NCBI GenBank assembly: GCA_944383895.1 | Contig: CALWRH010000004.1 | Location: 86,404-150,403, forward strand | Reading direction: 5' to 3' | DNA: 64,000 nucleotides | Source: an uncultured Christensenellaceae bacterium | GTDB taxonomy: Bacteria > Bacillota > Clostridia > Christensenellales > UBA3700 | In this document: in pieces, positions 38,338 through 49,066 of the stretch | Layout of the letters: every line of letters starts with the position of its first letter | Numbering within the stretch: the stretch's first letter is position 1 | Notes under the pieces: model-generated | The model's database searches: none | Seen by the model: only the letters and a program-made list of their open reading frames with translations | Told to the model about the DNA's origin: nothing | Made by a program: the position numbers and the translations under genes

Positions 38338-40638
38338 TCATTTATGCAAGTTATGTAAACAATTATATGCTTCTTTTATGAAGGATCTCTTTTCTTCTTC
38401 TGAATAGCAATTAAATGAATGCGAAGAATCGTTTAAAAATCTTAATCTGTCTAATAATTCGTCTTCACATTCACTTGAAAGATATCCATTCTTTGCGAGG
38501 ATTGTTATAAAATCATGCAAGCTCTTACCTTTCAGCTCACAAGTTTTAGATGTTTCGTATGCATAATACATATGCAAATACTTCTCGAACAGAATACGGA
38601 CATCGTTTTCCGCAATATCGTTAATATCGGCATTAATAAACCTAATTACTTTGTCTAACAACGCCTCGTAATTGTCTTTAAATATGTTATCGTCTGTTGA
38701 TAGAGGTACAAAAATATGATTATCTTTATCTTTCTTTATTTGCAAAATAGATTTGTTTTCCTTTGTAAAAGTATTAATGACTCTGAAAAAATTTTCATAG
38801 TGCATCAATAGAATAACTTGCGCAAAACAACTTTTACTCAACTCTTGCAACAACAAAGCAAAAAGCCTCATTCGATCTTGATCAAAACTAGTTATAGGAT
38901 CGTCTAAGACTAAAATCATATTAGGATTTTTGTCTACTTTAATTTTAGCCAAAAATATGGACAACGCCAATGCCCTTTTATCAGACTCACTTAAGCAAAA
39001 CCTATTTTGATCCACTAAATTATCTTTAAAGTAAATCTTAACACCATAAACTTTCTTTTTACCGCGCGGTGGCGTTTCTCTCTCCAACCTATAATTTTCG
39101 CTTCCCAATTTTTTATAGATTTCTTGAATCTCTGCAAAATATGTATCTAAAAATTTTGATTCACTATCATCTATTTTAGTTCGTATATCTTTAATCTTTT
39201 TTCGAATTTCAGTAATATGATCTTCAAGCTGAATCAACCTCTCGATCTCATCATTTTGCATACCGCGAATTAATACTAAATTAGCACCATAATACTCACT
39301 GTTTAAAACTTTAATCTTATTATCTATCGATTCAAGAGTAAGACTATTTTTAAACTCTTCAAAAATAATATTGATCGCGCTGATTCCTTCATTTAAATCA
39401 GCAACTTTTAATTCAAGTTCTTCGATAACTTTTATCGCGGCATTAGTATCGGTAAAGTCATAGTCGCAACAAGTAAACGACCGTAATTTATCGGTTAACG
39501 CAGAATACAACTCTTCACGAGACCTATCTATAGCAGTTCCTAATCTTATATCAAGCTCGCTTATTTCGTCTAAAGCTTTTTCTATTATTTCGCACTCATC
39601 ACGCAATGCATATTGGCTGATGTTTGTTGTCTGCTGTCTAATCTTATTTATTAAAGTGCCGATGCTACAATTTCGATAGTGTCTCATAACCTTCGATTGC
39701 GCATTTTCAACTTTATCTAAAAGTGCAACAATCAATTCCGAAAAATATTCAGAAAAAATTTTAACGCGTCTATTTTGCGCTATATCTTCGCCACAAAAAG
39801 GGCATTTGTTTGTTTTTAATTTTATTCCTTCTTTTATCCACGAATCTGACAAATTTGGAGTTTCTTCTTTGAACTTATTGATATCTTTAAGCAGTTTCGT
39901 GAGATCAACATCAATTACAACCCCGCAAATCTCTTTTACCTGTTTGACTATATCTTTAATTGAATTACAGTCTATGCTCAACAACGATATGCTGGGAATT
40001 TTTTTTATATCGGATATATTGCTTTTCTGTTTTACATATTCTTTTAAAGCCTCTTTTATTGATATTAACAAGGATTCTTTATCTTTAAAATTTTCATCAT
40101 ATGGAATCTTACGAATAGTATCATAGCTAATATCTCCAATATTCTTTTCCAAAGAACTTTTTAAACTCTCAAACTCTTCTTTTTTTTGGGATGAGGCATT
40201 TTCTAATTCGCTCAATATTTTTACTAATTCAACGCTTCTTTCGCCAAGAATAAAATTAGTTAAATTTTCTTTATTTTTATGCTCAATTACTCCATTAGTA
40301 AAAACATTTTCTTCCACAAAATTAACATCAAATACTTCAATGTTTTTGCTAATATCCGCATCCGCAGGAATGATCCATGTACTACCATCAAATTTAACAT
40401 TTTTTCCGCTAATGGTAAAATCTACTTCACATTTTTCAGTTGGTTTAATCCCAATTCTTCTACGTTTTAATATATACGAGCAATCGAGCGTCTTCAACGA
40501 ACGGATAATATCGCAAAACGTCGTTTTACCATATGTGTTTGCCGCATAAATATAAGAAAACCGATCTAATTCAATTCGACCATTTCCAGAGTTTTCATAT
40601 GTCCCAATATTTTTTATGCTCTTTATACGTTCAATCAT
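38338..40638 (-). CDS. RloC-like SMC/ABC ATPase (AAA_13) with zinc hook and C-terminal HEPN-like domain
   Basis: Walker A AANTYGKTT, FDVNFV, CPFC hook within coiled coil, LSESDK signature, VLDDPITSFD, RILFE, RFLNDSSH. Confidence 0.8.
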   Translation of the reverse strand: MIERIKSIKNIGTYENSGNGRIELDRFSYIYAANTYGKTTFCDIIRSLKTLDCSYILKRRRIGIKPTEKCEVDFTISGKNVKFDGSTWIIPADADISKNIEVFDVNFVEENVFTNGVIEHKNKENLTNFILGERSVELVKILSELENASSQKKEEFESLKSSLEKNIGDISYDTIRKIPYDENFKDKESLLISIKEALKEYVKQKSNISDIKKIPSISLLSIDCNSIKDIVKQVKEICGVVIDVDLTKLLKDINKFKEETPNLSDSWIKEGIKLKTNKCPFCGEDIAQNRRVKIFSEYFSELIVALLDKVENAQSKVMRHYRNCSIGTLINKIRQQTTNISQYALRDECEIIEKALDEISELDIRLGTAIDRSREELYSALTDKLRSFTCCDYDFTDTNAAIKVIEELELKVADLNEGISAINIIFEEFKNSLTLESIDNKIKVLNSEYYGANLVLIRGMQNDEIERLIQLEDHITEIRKKIKDIRTKIDDSESKFLDTYFAEIQEIYKKLGSENYRLERETPPRGKKKVYGVKIYFKDNLVDQNRFCLSESDKRALALSIFLAKIKVDKNPNMILVLDDPITSFDQDRMRLFALLLQELSKSCFAQVILLMHYENFFRVINTFTKENKSILQIKKDKDNHIFVPLSTDDNIFKDNYEALLDKVIRFINADINDIAENDVRILFEKYLHMYYAYETSKTCELKGKSLHDFITILAKNGYLSSECEDELLDRLRFLNDSSHSFNCYSEEEKRSFIKEAYNCLHNLHK

Positions 40639-40714
40639 TATTTATCCTCAGCAAAATCTTCATTTACATACTTCATTAATAGAAATCATATGTAATAAAC
40701 TTAACTTCCCCTTT

Positions 40715-43700
40715 TTAATACACTAAGAGTGGAATTTCTTCGTTGACAATACCATGCAATACCTCATCAACTTTAGAAACATATTGCATCTGCTTTGCTA
40801 TTTTGTTTAAAAGATCCAAAAAATCTTTGAAGTCATCATGTGTAAACTCACAGTGTGTATATCTAAAAGAATGGAATTTTAACCAGCAATCTTTAATGAC
40901 ATTATAGCCCGCCACTGTAAATCTTAAAATTTCTATTGGACAAGGAACCATTATTTCTATGCCGGAAATTTCGTCACGAAGTACAATAAGTTCATGTTCC
41001 TCATCAAATGGATTTTTTGATGCAGATCTGCTATGTTCTAACTTAAACCCAGTTGGCAACTGCTCCAAAAGCATATCATAATCCAAGCCCAATACATTTT
41101 CTATAGTAACATTTTTCTTTTCAAGATTCGCAATCTTTTCCCCAAGTGTTGATAGTAGGAAAAAGGCATCACTAGAAGCCACAATTGGAATTCTAGCTCG
41201 ACTTTCAGACTGATTAACCACATAAAGAGCGCCATAAAATTCATCCAAATAGACTTGAGAACAAAATATTGCATACGCATAAAAAACCATTTTTCTAGCG
41301 CATTCGCTCTCATTCATCCCCGTTAATGAAATAATATGATCGAGAAGTGTTCTATGTATATTATTAACTATTTCGTTCGTCCTAGTATTAGGAATATATT
41401 GGTTTAAATAAATATGCCCATTTCCCCTACGACTAAGATCGTTGTCAGGGAAGTACCAACAAAATGATGCAAACTGTCCAAGAGATTCATCTAAATCTTT
41501 AGGAGCGTGCGCTAAAGAAAAACCGATAGTATCCTCGTGTTCATAAATAGCTTTTATTTCCGGTCTAATTCTAGTACCTCCTCCACCAACTCCAGCTTGA
41601 TATTCAAAAACAGTACTCCATAATAGAGCATTAGAGTTAACAAAGGGTCTGAAGGAACACTGCCGTATATTATCTTCTAACACAGTATCCAATTGTTGTC
41701 TATTCGCACAAGTGTTCAAGGCGTTTTGAAATGCTGCTATTTTTAAAGAAACTACAGTCTTATCCTGACGCCCAATCCATTCCTGTGCCTTTAAAACTCC
41801 ACCAATTGCAATCTCTCGACTACGTCTTTTAAGCATAGACCGTTTAACATGAGTTAAAAGTGCAGTCGGAGCCATTTTTGAGCCTGAACATTGATTAAGA
41901 AACACAGCCTTCCCGCTATCATTACTTATAGGCCAAAAACGAGCATACATTTCCCGATTAAAGGGTTTTACTGGCAAAAATGAATACATTACATCTGAAA
42001 CAGGAAATGTTTCAAACGACTCAATTATTGATTGAATGTCCGTTTCAAGAGCTGATATTTTTTCTGTTCTCCGACCCCTTGACATATCAATATAATTAAT
42101 CTCATTAATATGGGTATTTTCACCATACTTACGAGTGAGTAAAATTATTGCCCTACCTTGCATGGTATAGAATAGGCTATCTCCGCGAATACCACTTCTT
42201 GCATCGGCATCAATAGCAATCGCCCAAATATGGGAGAAATGTTCTATTAAATATTTTCTTGCATATTTATACGACTCTGCTTCTAAAAATGAAAGAGGAA
42301 CAACAAACGCCAAAGCAGAATGACATTCAGAATCCAAAAGTTTTTTGCAACTCCAACGCAAAAACTGCATAAATGGATTATTGATTTGTTTTTGAATATT
42401 TTGGCGATTGTGTCGACGCTCAATAGGTGGACGAAAATCATCCATCATTTCAGAAATGCGTGAAAAATCATCGGATGAAGCATTACGACTAGAATCCGAA
42501 CAAGGAGGATTACCAATAATAAGTTTTATAGGCTTTGAAGACAACTCGTTTGCGCGAATTAACTCTCTGCCTTCAATAGATGCCGAGTTAGCCTTTTCTC
42601 CTAAAAGACAATTACTTAAAGTATTAGCAAGTATAATACTTGCTTTTAAATTCCTTTTATCATATTGACGCTCCACGATAGACATACGATAGTTGGCAAG
42701 CATATAAGGGGCTGGCAAAATCTCAAATCCACACAAATTATATGCACCATCGCCATCATCATGCGCTATAATTTGCTCTAAAAACGACCCTGTTCCACAG
42801 CACGGATCAATAATAGTATTTCCGTCATCATAAATGGATGCCCCGTCGAACTTATCATGGACAATTCGGTTTATTAATCTGACAATAAAATCAGCAAGAA
42901 CTTTTGGAGTATAATATGCACCATAGTCAAATCGTGATTTCTCATCAAACTTTGTCAAGAACATTTCAAAAAGATGGTGATAGTCAGGATTCATAAGTTG
43001 ATCGTCTGTCATTTGTACGAAAGAAAGAAAATCTATACACTCATCAACCCATTGATCAATAAAAGTAGCGTGCCCAGCATTATCTCGCAAATATACCATT
43101 AAATTGCGGAAAGGAAGCAACACTTCACCATCATCGATATCCTTAAACGCGTACTCTCTTATTTTGGCAGCCTTTAGAGCGGGAGAATCACAACTTGCAC
43201 AAAAAACTCTATGCGCATACAACAAACAAAACATAATCACCTGAGCTACAAAATCAGAAAAAACACCTCCTGTACGAAGCATAGGGTCATTATGATTGTA
43301 AATAAGCTCCTTTAATCCATCTAATAACGTAATTATATGGCGCTCATCTTCATTTATCGCTTCTTCCATTCTTAAATCTGATTGGGCCAATATTTCATCC
43401 GCGAGATTTCTTGTTCGGACAGCTACCAATTCTACTAGTTTTTCCTCATTCACTCTTTGCGGTGCTGGATTCGAAAAAAACTGCTCCATATAAAAACGGA
43501 ACAAAGGATTTATGGGTAAACGGGACCAATCCGCAGTATTTACCATATCCTTATCGATAAGCGAGACAACGGTAGGATTGTCTGTAAAACAAAAGACAAA
43601 GTCTATCCCGTCGGTTATAATCAACTTATGCCCCAATGTTAAATATCGATTAATCTGATCCTTGTAAGGGGTTATATCAAATGGATCTGCAGAAGGACCT

Positions 43701-43963
43701 TTGCCCTCAATATACCCATACACACCGAGGGATACCGCGTCTTGTATTCTCCAATCAGGTCTTCCCATGCGTCCTTGATTTTTAGGTTCTAAAATAATAT
43801 CAAAATTTCCACAAGGGTTCAAGTCATGTGCAATACGCTTAAACAATGTATGCATAGGCACCCGGAATGATAATTCGGCAGTATGTTGCCCACCGCGAAT
43901 CGCTGCGTCATATTCTCGCTGATATTCACGCAAATAATTTTTTACATCTACATCAAATGCCAT
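40715..43963 (-). CDS. Type IIG/ISP-like restriction-modification enzyme (nuclease + N6-MTase fold + specificity domain, no helicase)
   Basis: RPDW...GYIEGK nuclease motif, GAYYTP, DPCCGTGSF, GNPPC in place of NPPY, C-terminal GYNVIKDCWLK resembling type ISP C-terminus. Confidence 0.8.
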   Translation of the reverse strand: MAFDVDVKNYLREYQREYDAAIRGGQHTAELSFRVPMHTLFKRIAHDLNPCGNFDIILEPKNQGRMGRPDWRIQDAVSLGVYGYIEGKGPSADPFDITPYKDQINRYLTLGHKLIITDGIDFVFCFTDNPTVVSLIDKDMVNTADWSRLPINPLFRFYMEQFFSNPAPQRVNEEKLVELVAVRTRNLADEILAQSDLRMEEAINEDERHIITLLDGLKELIYNHNDPMLRTGGVFSDFVAQVIMFCLLYAHRVFCASCDSPALKAAKIREYAFKDIDDGEVLLPFRNLMVYLRDNAGHATFIDQWVDECIDFLSFVQMTDDQLMNPDYHHLFEMFLTKFDEKSRFDYGAYYTPKVLADFIVRLINRIVHDKFDGASIYDDGNTIIDPCCGTGSFLEQIIAHDDGDGAYNLCGFEILPAPYMLANYRMSIVERQYDKRNLKASIILANTLSNCLLGEKANSASIEGRELIRANELSSKPIKLIIGNPPCSDSSRNASSDDFSRISEMMDDFRPPIERRHNRQNIQKQINNPFMQFLRWSCKKLLDSECHSALAFVVPLSFLEAESYKYARKYLIEHFSHIWAIAIDADARSGIRGDSLFYTMQGRAIILLTRKYGENTHINEINYIDMSRGRRTEKISALETDIQSIIESFETFPVSDVMYSFLPVKPFNREMYARFWPISNDSGKAVFLNQCSGSKMAPTALLTHVKRSMLKRRSREIAIGGVLKAQEWIGRQDKTVVSLKIAAFQNALNTCANRQQLDTVLEDNIRQCSFRPFVNSNALLWSTVFEYQAGVGGGGTRIRPEIKAIYEHEDTIGFSLAHAPKDLDESLGQFASFCWYFPDNDLSRRGNGHIYLNQYIPNTRTNEIVNNIHRTLLDHIISLTGMNESECARKMVFYAYAIFCSQVYLDEFYGALYVVNQSESRARIPIVASSDAFFLLSTLGEKIANLEKKNVTIENVLGLDYDMLLEQLPTGFKLEHSRSASKNPFDEEHELIVLRDEISGIEIMVPCPIEILRFTVAGYNVIKDCWLKFHSFRYTHCEFTHDDFKDFLDLLNKIAKQMQYVSKVDEVLHGIVNEEIPLLVY

Positions 43964-45018
43964 TTTTTTTTACCTGCTTTTTCATAACTTTTAATAATGC
44001 TCTTCCCAATACATTCAGCCATAACAGGAGGAACAGCATTACCTATCTGCCTAGCAATATCAACTTTATTTCCAACAAACTCGAAATCTATAGGAAATGT
44101 TTGTAATAATGCACCCTCACGCAATGAAATACTACGATCCTGTATAGGATGACCAAATTTTCCTCTGGTAAAGCTATCAAATCTAGCTGTTATCGTAGGA
44201 GCGACATCGTCCCAAGCCATACGCCCATATACATTGCGAAATCCTATCACCGAACTATCAATTTTATGACAGTCTGCTAACAAATCATCTGGAAGATCAT
44301 CACGTCCTTGCCCCTCCTTAATAGCGCGAATCCGTTGCAAATTGCGTTCAGATAAATGATCGCGCCGATGAAGCGGTAACACTGGATGATCCGTTCCATC
44401 TTGCGGGGGCTCAGGAAGGTCTCCTATTGTATCACGAACCGTATGACGTATTCCTGTAGGTGCAGGATACTCGTAATAATTTCCAATGTCCTTTCGTTCG
44501 CCAATAACTATATATCTTTTGCGTCTCTGCGGAACACCATAATTTTGAGCATCTAAGAGCTCGATATGGACATAATAACCAATTTGTTCAACGTCTTCAA
44601 TAAGTTGCTGCAATATTGTCTTTCCACGTTTGCCGGCAATACCAGACACATTTTCCATAACAAAATATTTTGGATATAATTCATCAATTAAATTTCCATA
44701 CTTTAAAACTAGTCCGTTTCTTGAATCCGTATCACTACCTCTTCTCTGAACCGAAAAGCCTTGGCAAGGTGGACCTCCAGCTAATAAAAATAAATCACCT
44801 CGGCTAAGATTACAACGCTTAAGTAAGTTTCCATTAAGCATTTCTGCAATATCAGCAACAATGGCAGTATGATCAAAATACTTTTTATTTCTTTTTATTG
44901 TATCTATACATAGTTTATCTATATCAAAGCTCAATAAAATATTGAACCCTGCCCGCTCAAGCCCTAAACCTAGTCCTCCCGCACCACAGAAACTATCAAT
45001 ACAAGTATATTTAGTCAC
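43948..45018 (-). CDS. DNA cytosine-5 methyltransferase (M2)
   Basis: FCGAGG, GGPPCQGFS, ENV, QRRKR, QIGNAVPP. Confidence 0.93.
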   Translation of the reverse strand: MTKYTCIDSFCGAGGLGLGLERAGFNILLSFDIDKLCIDTIKRNKKYFDHTAIVADIAEMLNGNLLKRCNLSRGDLFLLAGGPPCQGFSVQRRGSDTDSRNGLVLKYGNLIDELYPKYFVMENVSGIAGKRGKTILQQLIEDVEQIGYYVHIELLDAQNYGVPQRRKRYIVIGERKDIGNYYEYPAPTGIRHTVRDTIGDLPEPPQDGTDHPVLPLHRRDHLSERNLQRIRAIKEGQGRDDLPDDLLADCHKIDSSVIGFRNVYGRMAWDDVAPTITARFDSFTRGKFGHPIQDRSISLREGALLQTFPIDFEFVGNKVDIARQIGNAVPPVMAECIGKSIIKSYEKAGKKKWHLM

Positions 45019-45020
45019 TC

Positions 45021-46340
45021 CTACACCCTCCCACGAGTTTTAATACCAGCAATAACACTTGAATATGAATTACTTACAGGCTCATTGATTGACTGAGGAC
45101 TATCATTTAACTCACATATGGTTGGAGATACAGACAACAATTCAATCAAAACACTAGCTGCAATAGCGGAAGACAGCATGGGCGGCACCGCTTCGCCGAT
45201 TTGTCTATATATATCATCGGATTTACCGCTAAACTCAAAGCCATTAGGAAAACTTTGAAGAAGTGCCGCTTCTCGTGCAGTAAGTCCGCGATCTTGTTCT
45301 GGATGAGTATATCGTCCACTTGCGGGGTTCCTTGCATAGTGCGTAATTGTAATTGATGGTTTATCCCAAAAAAGTCGTCCATACACATCTGAAAAGCCCT
45401 TCGTTTTATCTAAGCATTTAGGTCCAACCCCAGCAGGTCTATTTCCACCATTATGTGGAACCTTTTGAATAACCTCAATGGTGCTTTTTTTATGTGCAGC
45501 ACTTTTATGCATAGCATCATGTGGATCTGCAACGCCAGCCTCTACTGAAGGCAAATGACCAATAGCATCTCGCACAGTCCTATATTCCGAAGACTTCAAA
45601 TAGCCCGATGGTAATACAAAATTCTTTTTCATTCCGATTATAATTGAGCGGAAACGCTCTTGTGGAACGCCAAAAGCTGCCGCATTGTAAATATTTGCTT
45701 TTACAATATATCCCATTTCTTCATAGGTTTTTTTTGCGGCAGAAAAATATTTCCAATATCGCGTTGATAAAAATTCTGGTACATTTTCCATAAGTATAAC
45801 ATCCGGCTGAACTTTCTTAACAATCTCTGCAAAAGCCATAATTAAGCTGTTGCGAATATCATCCTCTTCGTTCCAGTGTTTTTTTCTATGTGAGGAAAAA
45901 CCCTGACAGGGAGCGCATCCAATCATAACGGTTGGCTTATTCTTGTCATATCCGATCATATCCAATAATGTCGTAAGCGCTCCATTTGCAAATGCCAAAT
46001 TGGTAATATCTTCATGAATAAGCGGCGTTCCAAAATTATGGCTATATGTCATTGCAGACATCTCGTTAACGTCACATCCTCCTAGCATTTTAAATGCAGG
46101 AATCACACTATTAAGTGCAGCAAATCCCAATGAAGTCCCCCCCGCTCCTGAAAAAAAATCTATCAATTGAATGGGGTTGTTTGCATAATCTAAACGTTGG
46201 ATAGGACAAAACTTCTCCAAGGCGAGTTGCGCGGCAGAAATCAACTGTTTGCTATATGGTCTAAAATCTAATGACTTACTTTTTCCTTGCAAAACATTTT
46301 TCATAAGCGTTATCCATGTCTCACACTCTCCTTTATTCAT
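45021..46340 (-). CDS. DNA cytosine-5 methyltransferase (M1)
   Basis: FSGAGG, GCAPCQGFS, ENV, QERFR, QIGEAVPP. Confidence 0.92.
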   Translation of the reverse strand: MNKGECETWITLMKNVLQGKSKSLDFRPYSKQLISAAQLALEKFCPIQRLDYANNPIQLIDFFSGAGGTSLGFAALNSVIPAFKMLGGCDVNEMSAMTYSHNFGTPLIHEDITNLAFANGALTTLLDMIGYDKNKPTVMIGCAPCQGFSSHRKKHWNEEDDIRNSLIMAFAEIVKKVQPDVILMENVPEFLSTRYWKYFSAAKKTYEEMGYIVKANIYNAAAFGVPQERFRSIIIGMKKNFVLPSGYLKSSEYRTVRDAIGHLPSVEAGVADPHDAMHKSAAHKKSTIEVIQKVPHNGGNRPAGVGPKCLDKTKGFSDVYGRLFWDKPSITITHYARNPASGRYTHPEQDRGLTAREAALLQSFPNGFEFSGKSDDIYRQIGEAVPPMLSSAIAASVLIELLSVSPTICELNDSPQSINEPVSNSYSSVIAGIKTRGRV

Positions 46341-46496
46341 ATATCGCCTCCATAATATTAGCTTTATGCCTTTTTCTTTGCAAATTCATAACTATTGTTT
46401 CTCTAGCATTGAAGTAAAAGTTGATCCTCATTTTCTTTTGACATTATACTTTGCCATATCGTTCTTATTTCTTTCATTTGGAAAGATAAATTGCTA

Positions 46497-46688
46497 CTAT
46501 TTATCAAATATAATATTGTTATTTTCGCAAAACTCTGCGAACTTGCGTTGCATGATATAGTTAGGATGCCTTACTCCATTCTCCCATTCGTTAACAGTTG
46601 AAAAGGCTACCCCCAATGTCTTTGCAAAATCTGCCTGACTTAGCATCAACTTCTGCCGAGCAAACTTAACCTTGTCTTTGTACTCCAT
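46497..46688 (-). CDS. Small XRE HTH protein (controller-like)
   Basis: LSQADFAKTLGVAFSTVNEWENG; upstream of the R-M operon. Confidence 0.85.
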   Translation of the reverse strand: MEYKDKVKFARQKLMLSQADFAKTLGVAFSTVNEWENGVRHPNYIMQRKFAEFCENNNIIFDK

Positions 46689-46785
46689 CAATATGTAACC
46701 CCATTTTATCTTAATAGTATTATTATAGCAGACTTATCGTAATAAATCAAGCTCCGATTGCCCCTTTAACTGGACTCCAAAAATC

Positions 46786-46817
46786 AATTTGCAACCCTTG
46801 CGTGTGTTTGTCTTGAT
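46786..46817 (+). repeat. 32-bp direct repeat, copy 1 (truncated nick-site copy)
   Basis: AATTTGCAACCCTTGCGTGTGTTTGTCTTGAT; 31/32 identical to 54163-54194. Confidence 0.9.
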
Positions 46818-47022
46818 TAGAGGTCGTTACAAATGACAAAAAGAGCAAGGGGCTCAAGACAACTGCTGTCTTTGCAATATATAGGTAAAAGATAGACAAA
46901 AAAGCGCGCACCTAAATTGCCTTGTGCGGAATAACAGGTATCCTTCCTAAAATTCATAATCTATTGCGTTTTCGCGGGGAACGTGCTACAATATAGCCGA
47001 AAAAGATACCAGGGGGAATTTT

Positions 47023-48423
47023 ATGTCAGATAAAAAAAATAAGGCACAGGAGCGTTACGATAAACTCGCCTATGTCAAGAAGAACTATTTTGAAGAGGCA
47101 TCCAAGAATGAGCGCAATGATATCTATGCCTATGCCGAAGGATACAAGGCGTTTCTCGATGCCGCTAAGACGGAGCGAGAGGCTTGTGTAGTGGCGGTTT
47201 CAAGGGCAAAGGAGCAGGGATTCACAGAATATCATTTTGGAGATGCGCTCGTTGCTGGCGACAAGAAGTATTTTGTCAACCGTGGTAAATCTGTTGTCGT
47301 ATTCCGTGTCGGGACACGCAATCTTGAGACGGACGGCATGCGCCTTATCGCCTCGCACATCGATGCACCTCGCGTTGACATCAAACAGATCCCGCTATAT
47401 GAGGACAGTGGCATGTGCTATCTCAAAACGCACTATTACGGCGGCATCAAGAAATATCAGTGGACAGCGATCCCGCTTGCGCTACACGGCATCGTCATTC
47501 TCAAAGACGGCACAAAGGTCTCTATCAGAGTGGGAGAGAATACCAAGGATCCAGTGTTCTACATCGATGACCTGCTTCCGCACCTCAGCGGTGAGCAGAT
47601 GGCAAAGATAGGCGGCAAGATCATTGAGGGCGAACAGCTCAACGTAGTAGTCGGCGGTTTGCCCCACGCTGATGCCGAGGCTGGCAAGCGCATTAAGTAC
47701 ACTGTGCTCGACTATCTAAACAAGGAATACGGCATGTGCGAGGAGGACTTCATCTCCGCAGAGCTAAGTGCCGTTCCCGCATATTCCGCACGCGACATTG
47801 GCTTTGACCGTGCCTTTATCGGCGCTTATGGCCACGATGACCGCGTCTGTGCATATACCGCACTTACCGCCGTCCTCAACAATGAGAGCGAGCACACCGT
47901 GCTTGCCATGCTTGTTGACAAGGAAGAGATCGGCAGCGAAGGCACGACGGGGATGCAGTCTAAGATCTATGAGGATCTCATGGAGGACATTTGTGCGGCG
48001 CTCAGTGCAAACTTTCGCAAAGTGCGCTATGCATCCAAATGCCTTTCTGCCGACGTGACCGCCGCATTCGACCCCAACTTCTCGGGTGTCTTTGAAAAGC
48101 TAAACGCCGCAATCGTCTCCTGTGGGACCTGCATGAGAAAGTTTACGGGTGCACGTGGAAAGAGCGGTTCCAACGATGCTTCTGCCGAATTTGTTGCTGA
48201 AGTCCGCAAGATATTCGATAAAGAGGGTGTCATATGGCAGACCGCAGAGCTCGGCAAAGTGGATGTGGGAGGCGGCGGTACGGTGGCAAAGTTTCTCGCC
48301 AAGCTTAACATCGACACCATCGATCTGGGCGTTCCCGTCATCTCCATGCACGCGCCTTGGGAACTCATCTCCAAGGCTGACCTCTACAGCAATTATCGCG
48401 CATTTCTCGCTTTTATGAAATAA
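47023..48423 (+). CDS. M18-family aminopeptidase
   Basis: KTERE, SHIDAPR, THYYGGIKKYQW, GHDDRVC, DKEEIGSEG, SADV, GGGTVA, SMHAPWE; promoter TTGCGT-N17-TACAAT at 46964-46992. Confidence 0.92.
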   Translation: MSDKKNKAQERYDKLAYVKKNYFEEASKNERNDIYAYAEGYKAFLDAAKTEREACVVAVSRAKEQGFTEYHFGDALVAGDKKYFVNRGKSVVVFRVGTRNLETDGMRLIASHIDAPRVDIKQIPLYEDSGMCYLKTHYYGGIKKYQWTAIPLALHGIVILKDGTKVSIRVGENTKDPVFYIDDLLPHLSGEQMAKIGGKIIEGEQLNVVVGGLPHADAEAGKRIKYTVLDYLNKEYGMCEEDFISAELSAVPAYSARDIGFDRAFIGAYGHDDRVCAYTALTAVLNNESEHTVLAMLVDKEEIGSEGTTGMQSKIYEDLMEDICAALSANFRKVRYASKCLSADVTAAFDPNFSGVFEKLNAAIVSCGTCMRKFTGARGKSGSNDASAEFVAEVRKIFDKEGVIWQTAELGKVDVGGGGTVAKFLAKLNIDTIDLGVPVISMHAPWELISKADLYSNYRAFLAFMK

Positions 48424-48852
48424 CGCGGCGCAGCGGGCATCTTCCTGTAAAATTGCCCTTTTCCACATGAGCGGCACTTACGCTGTCATGCCGTTCATTC
48501 AAACGAAGTCGTTGCCGGTTTCAGATATGCATGTAACCAGAAAACATGTCGGTAAAATACTCGGTATATTCCGAACGTATTTTTATGGTTGCTTTGTAAA
48601 AAGTGCCAATAAGGGTATGATCATTGCAGGAAAAAGAAAGAACGAATAATGTTTTGAGAAGATGCAAATAGGCGCAAGAGCTACAAAGCAAATTCGTAAA
48701 GGAAAACTAGAGGGGGTGTTCTGTTGTCGGAACACTTCCCAGTTTTTTTGTACTTATAGGGGGATAAAATTCAAATTTATTCAATAGAATTTTCAAAATA
48801 TTTATTACACAGTAGCGTCAATCCTGCAATTATTAAAAATGCTTGATCCCAC

Positions 48853-48881
48853 TTGACAAAATTAAAATTTTTAGGTATAAT
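48853..48881 (+). promoter_or_regulatory. Consensus sigma-A promoter of precursor 1/rSAM1
   Basis: TTGACA-N17-TATAAT. Confidence 0.8.
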
Positions 48882-48902
48882 TTATTCATAGGAGGTAATA
48901 TT

Positions 48903-49004
48903 ATGATTTTTTATGACGATATTGAAACATCGTATGCTGCTGATTGCAAGTGCGATGACTATTGTTCCGATTGTCCCAATAATTCAACTGGTTGCGATGA
49001 ATAA
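48903..49004 (+). CDS. Putative RiPP precursor 1 (33 aa): MIFYDDIETSYAADCKCDDYCSDCPNNSTGCDE
   Basis: Translated by hand; AGGAGGT RBS; 5 Cys; followed by hairpin 49011-49038 and a radical SAM gene. Confidence 0.8.
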   Translation: MIFYDDIETSYAADCKCDDYCSDCPNNSTGCDE

Positions 49005-49066
49005 CGCACGTACTCTCTCCTACACTAGGGGGAGAGTATATTATTTTTCAAGGCTTATATTGTATC

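Noticed and set aside
38338-46688. DISARM, BREX or a complete type ISP system
   Set aside because: No helicase, PLD, PglZ or DUF1998 genes; the large enzyme lacks helicase motifs
48467-48700. 60-aa ORF downstream of the aminopeptidase
   Set aside because: No RBS or recognisable motif; possibly a decayed fragment but cannot be assigned
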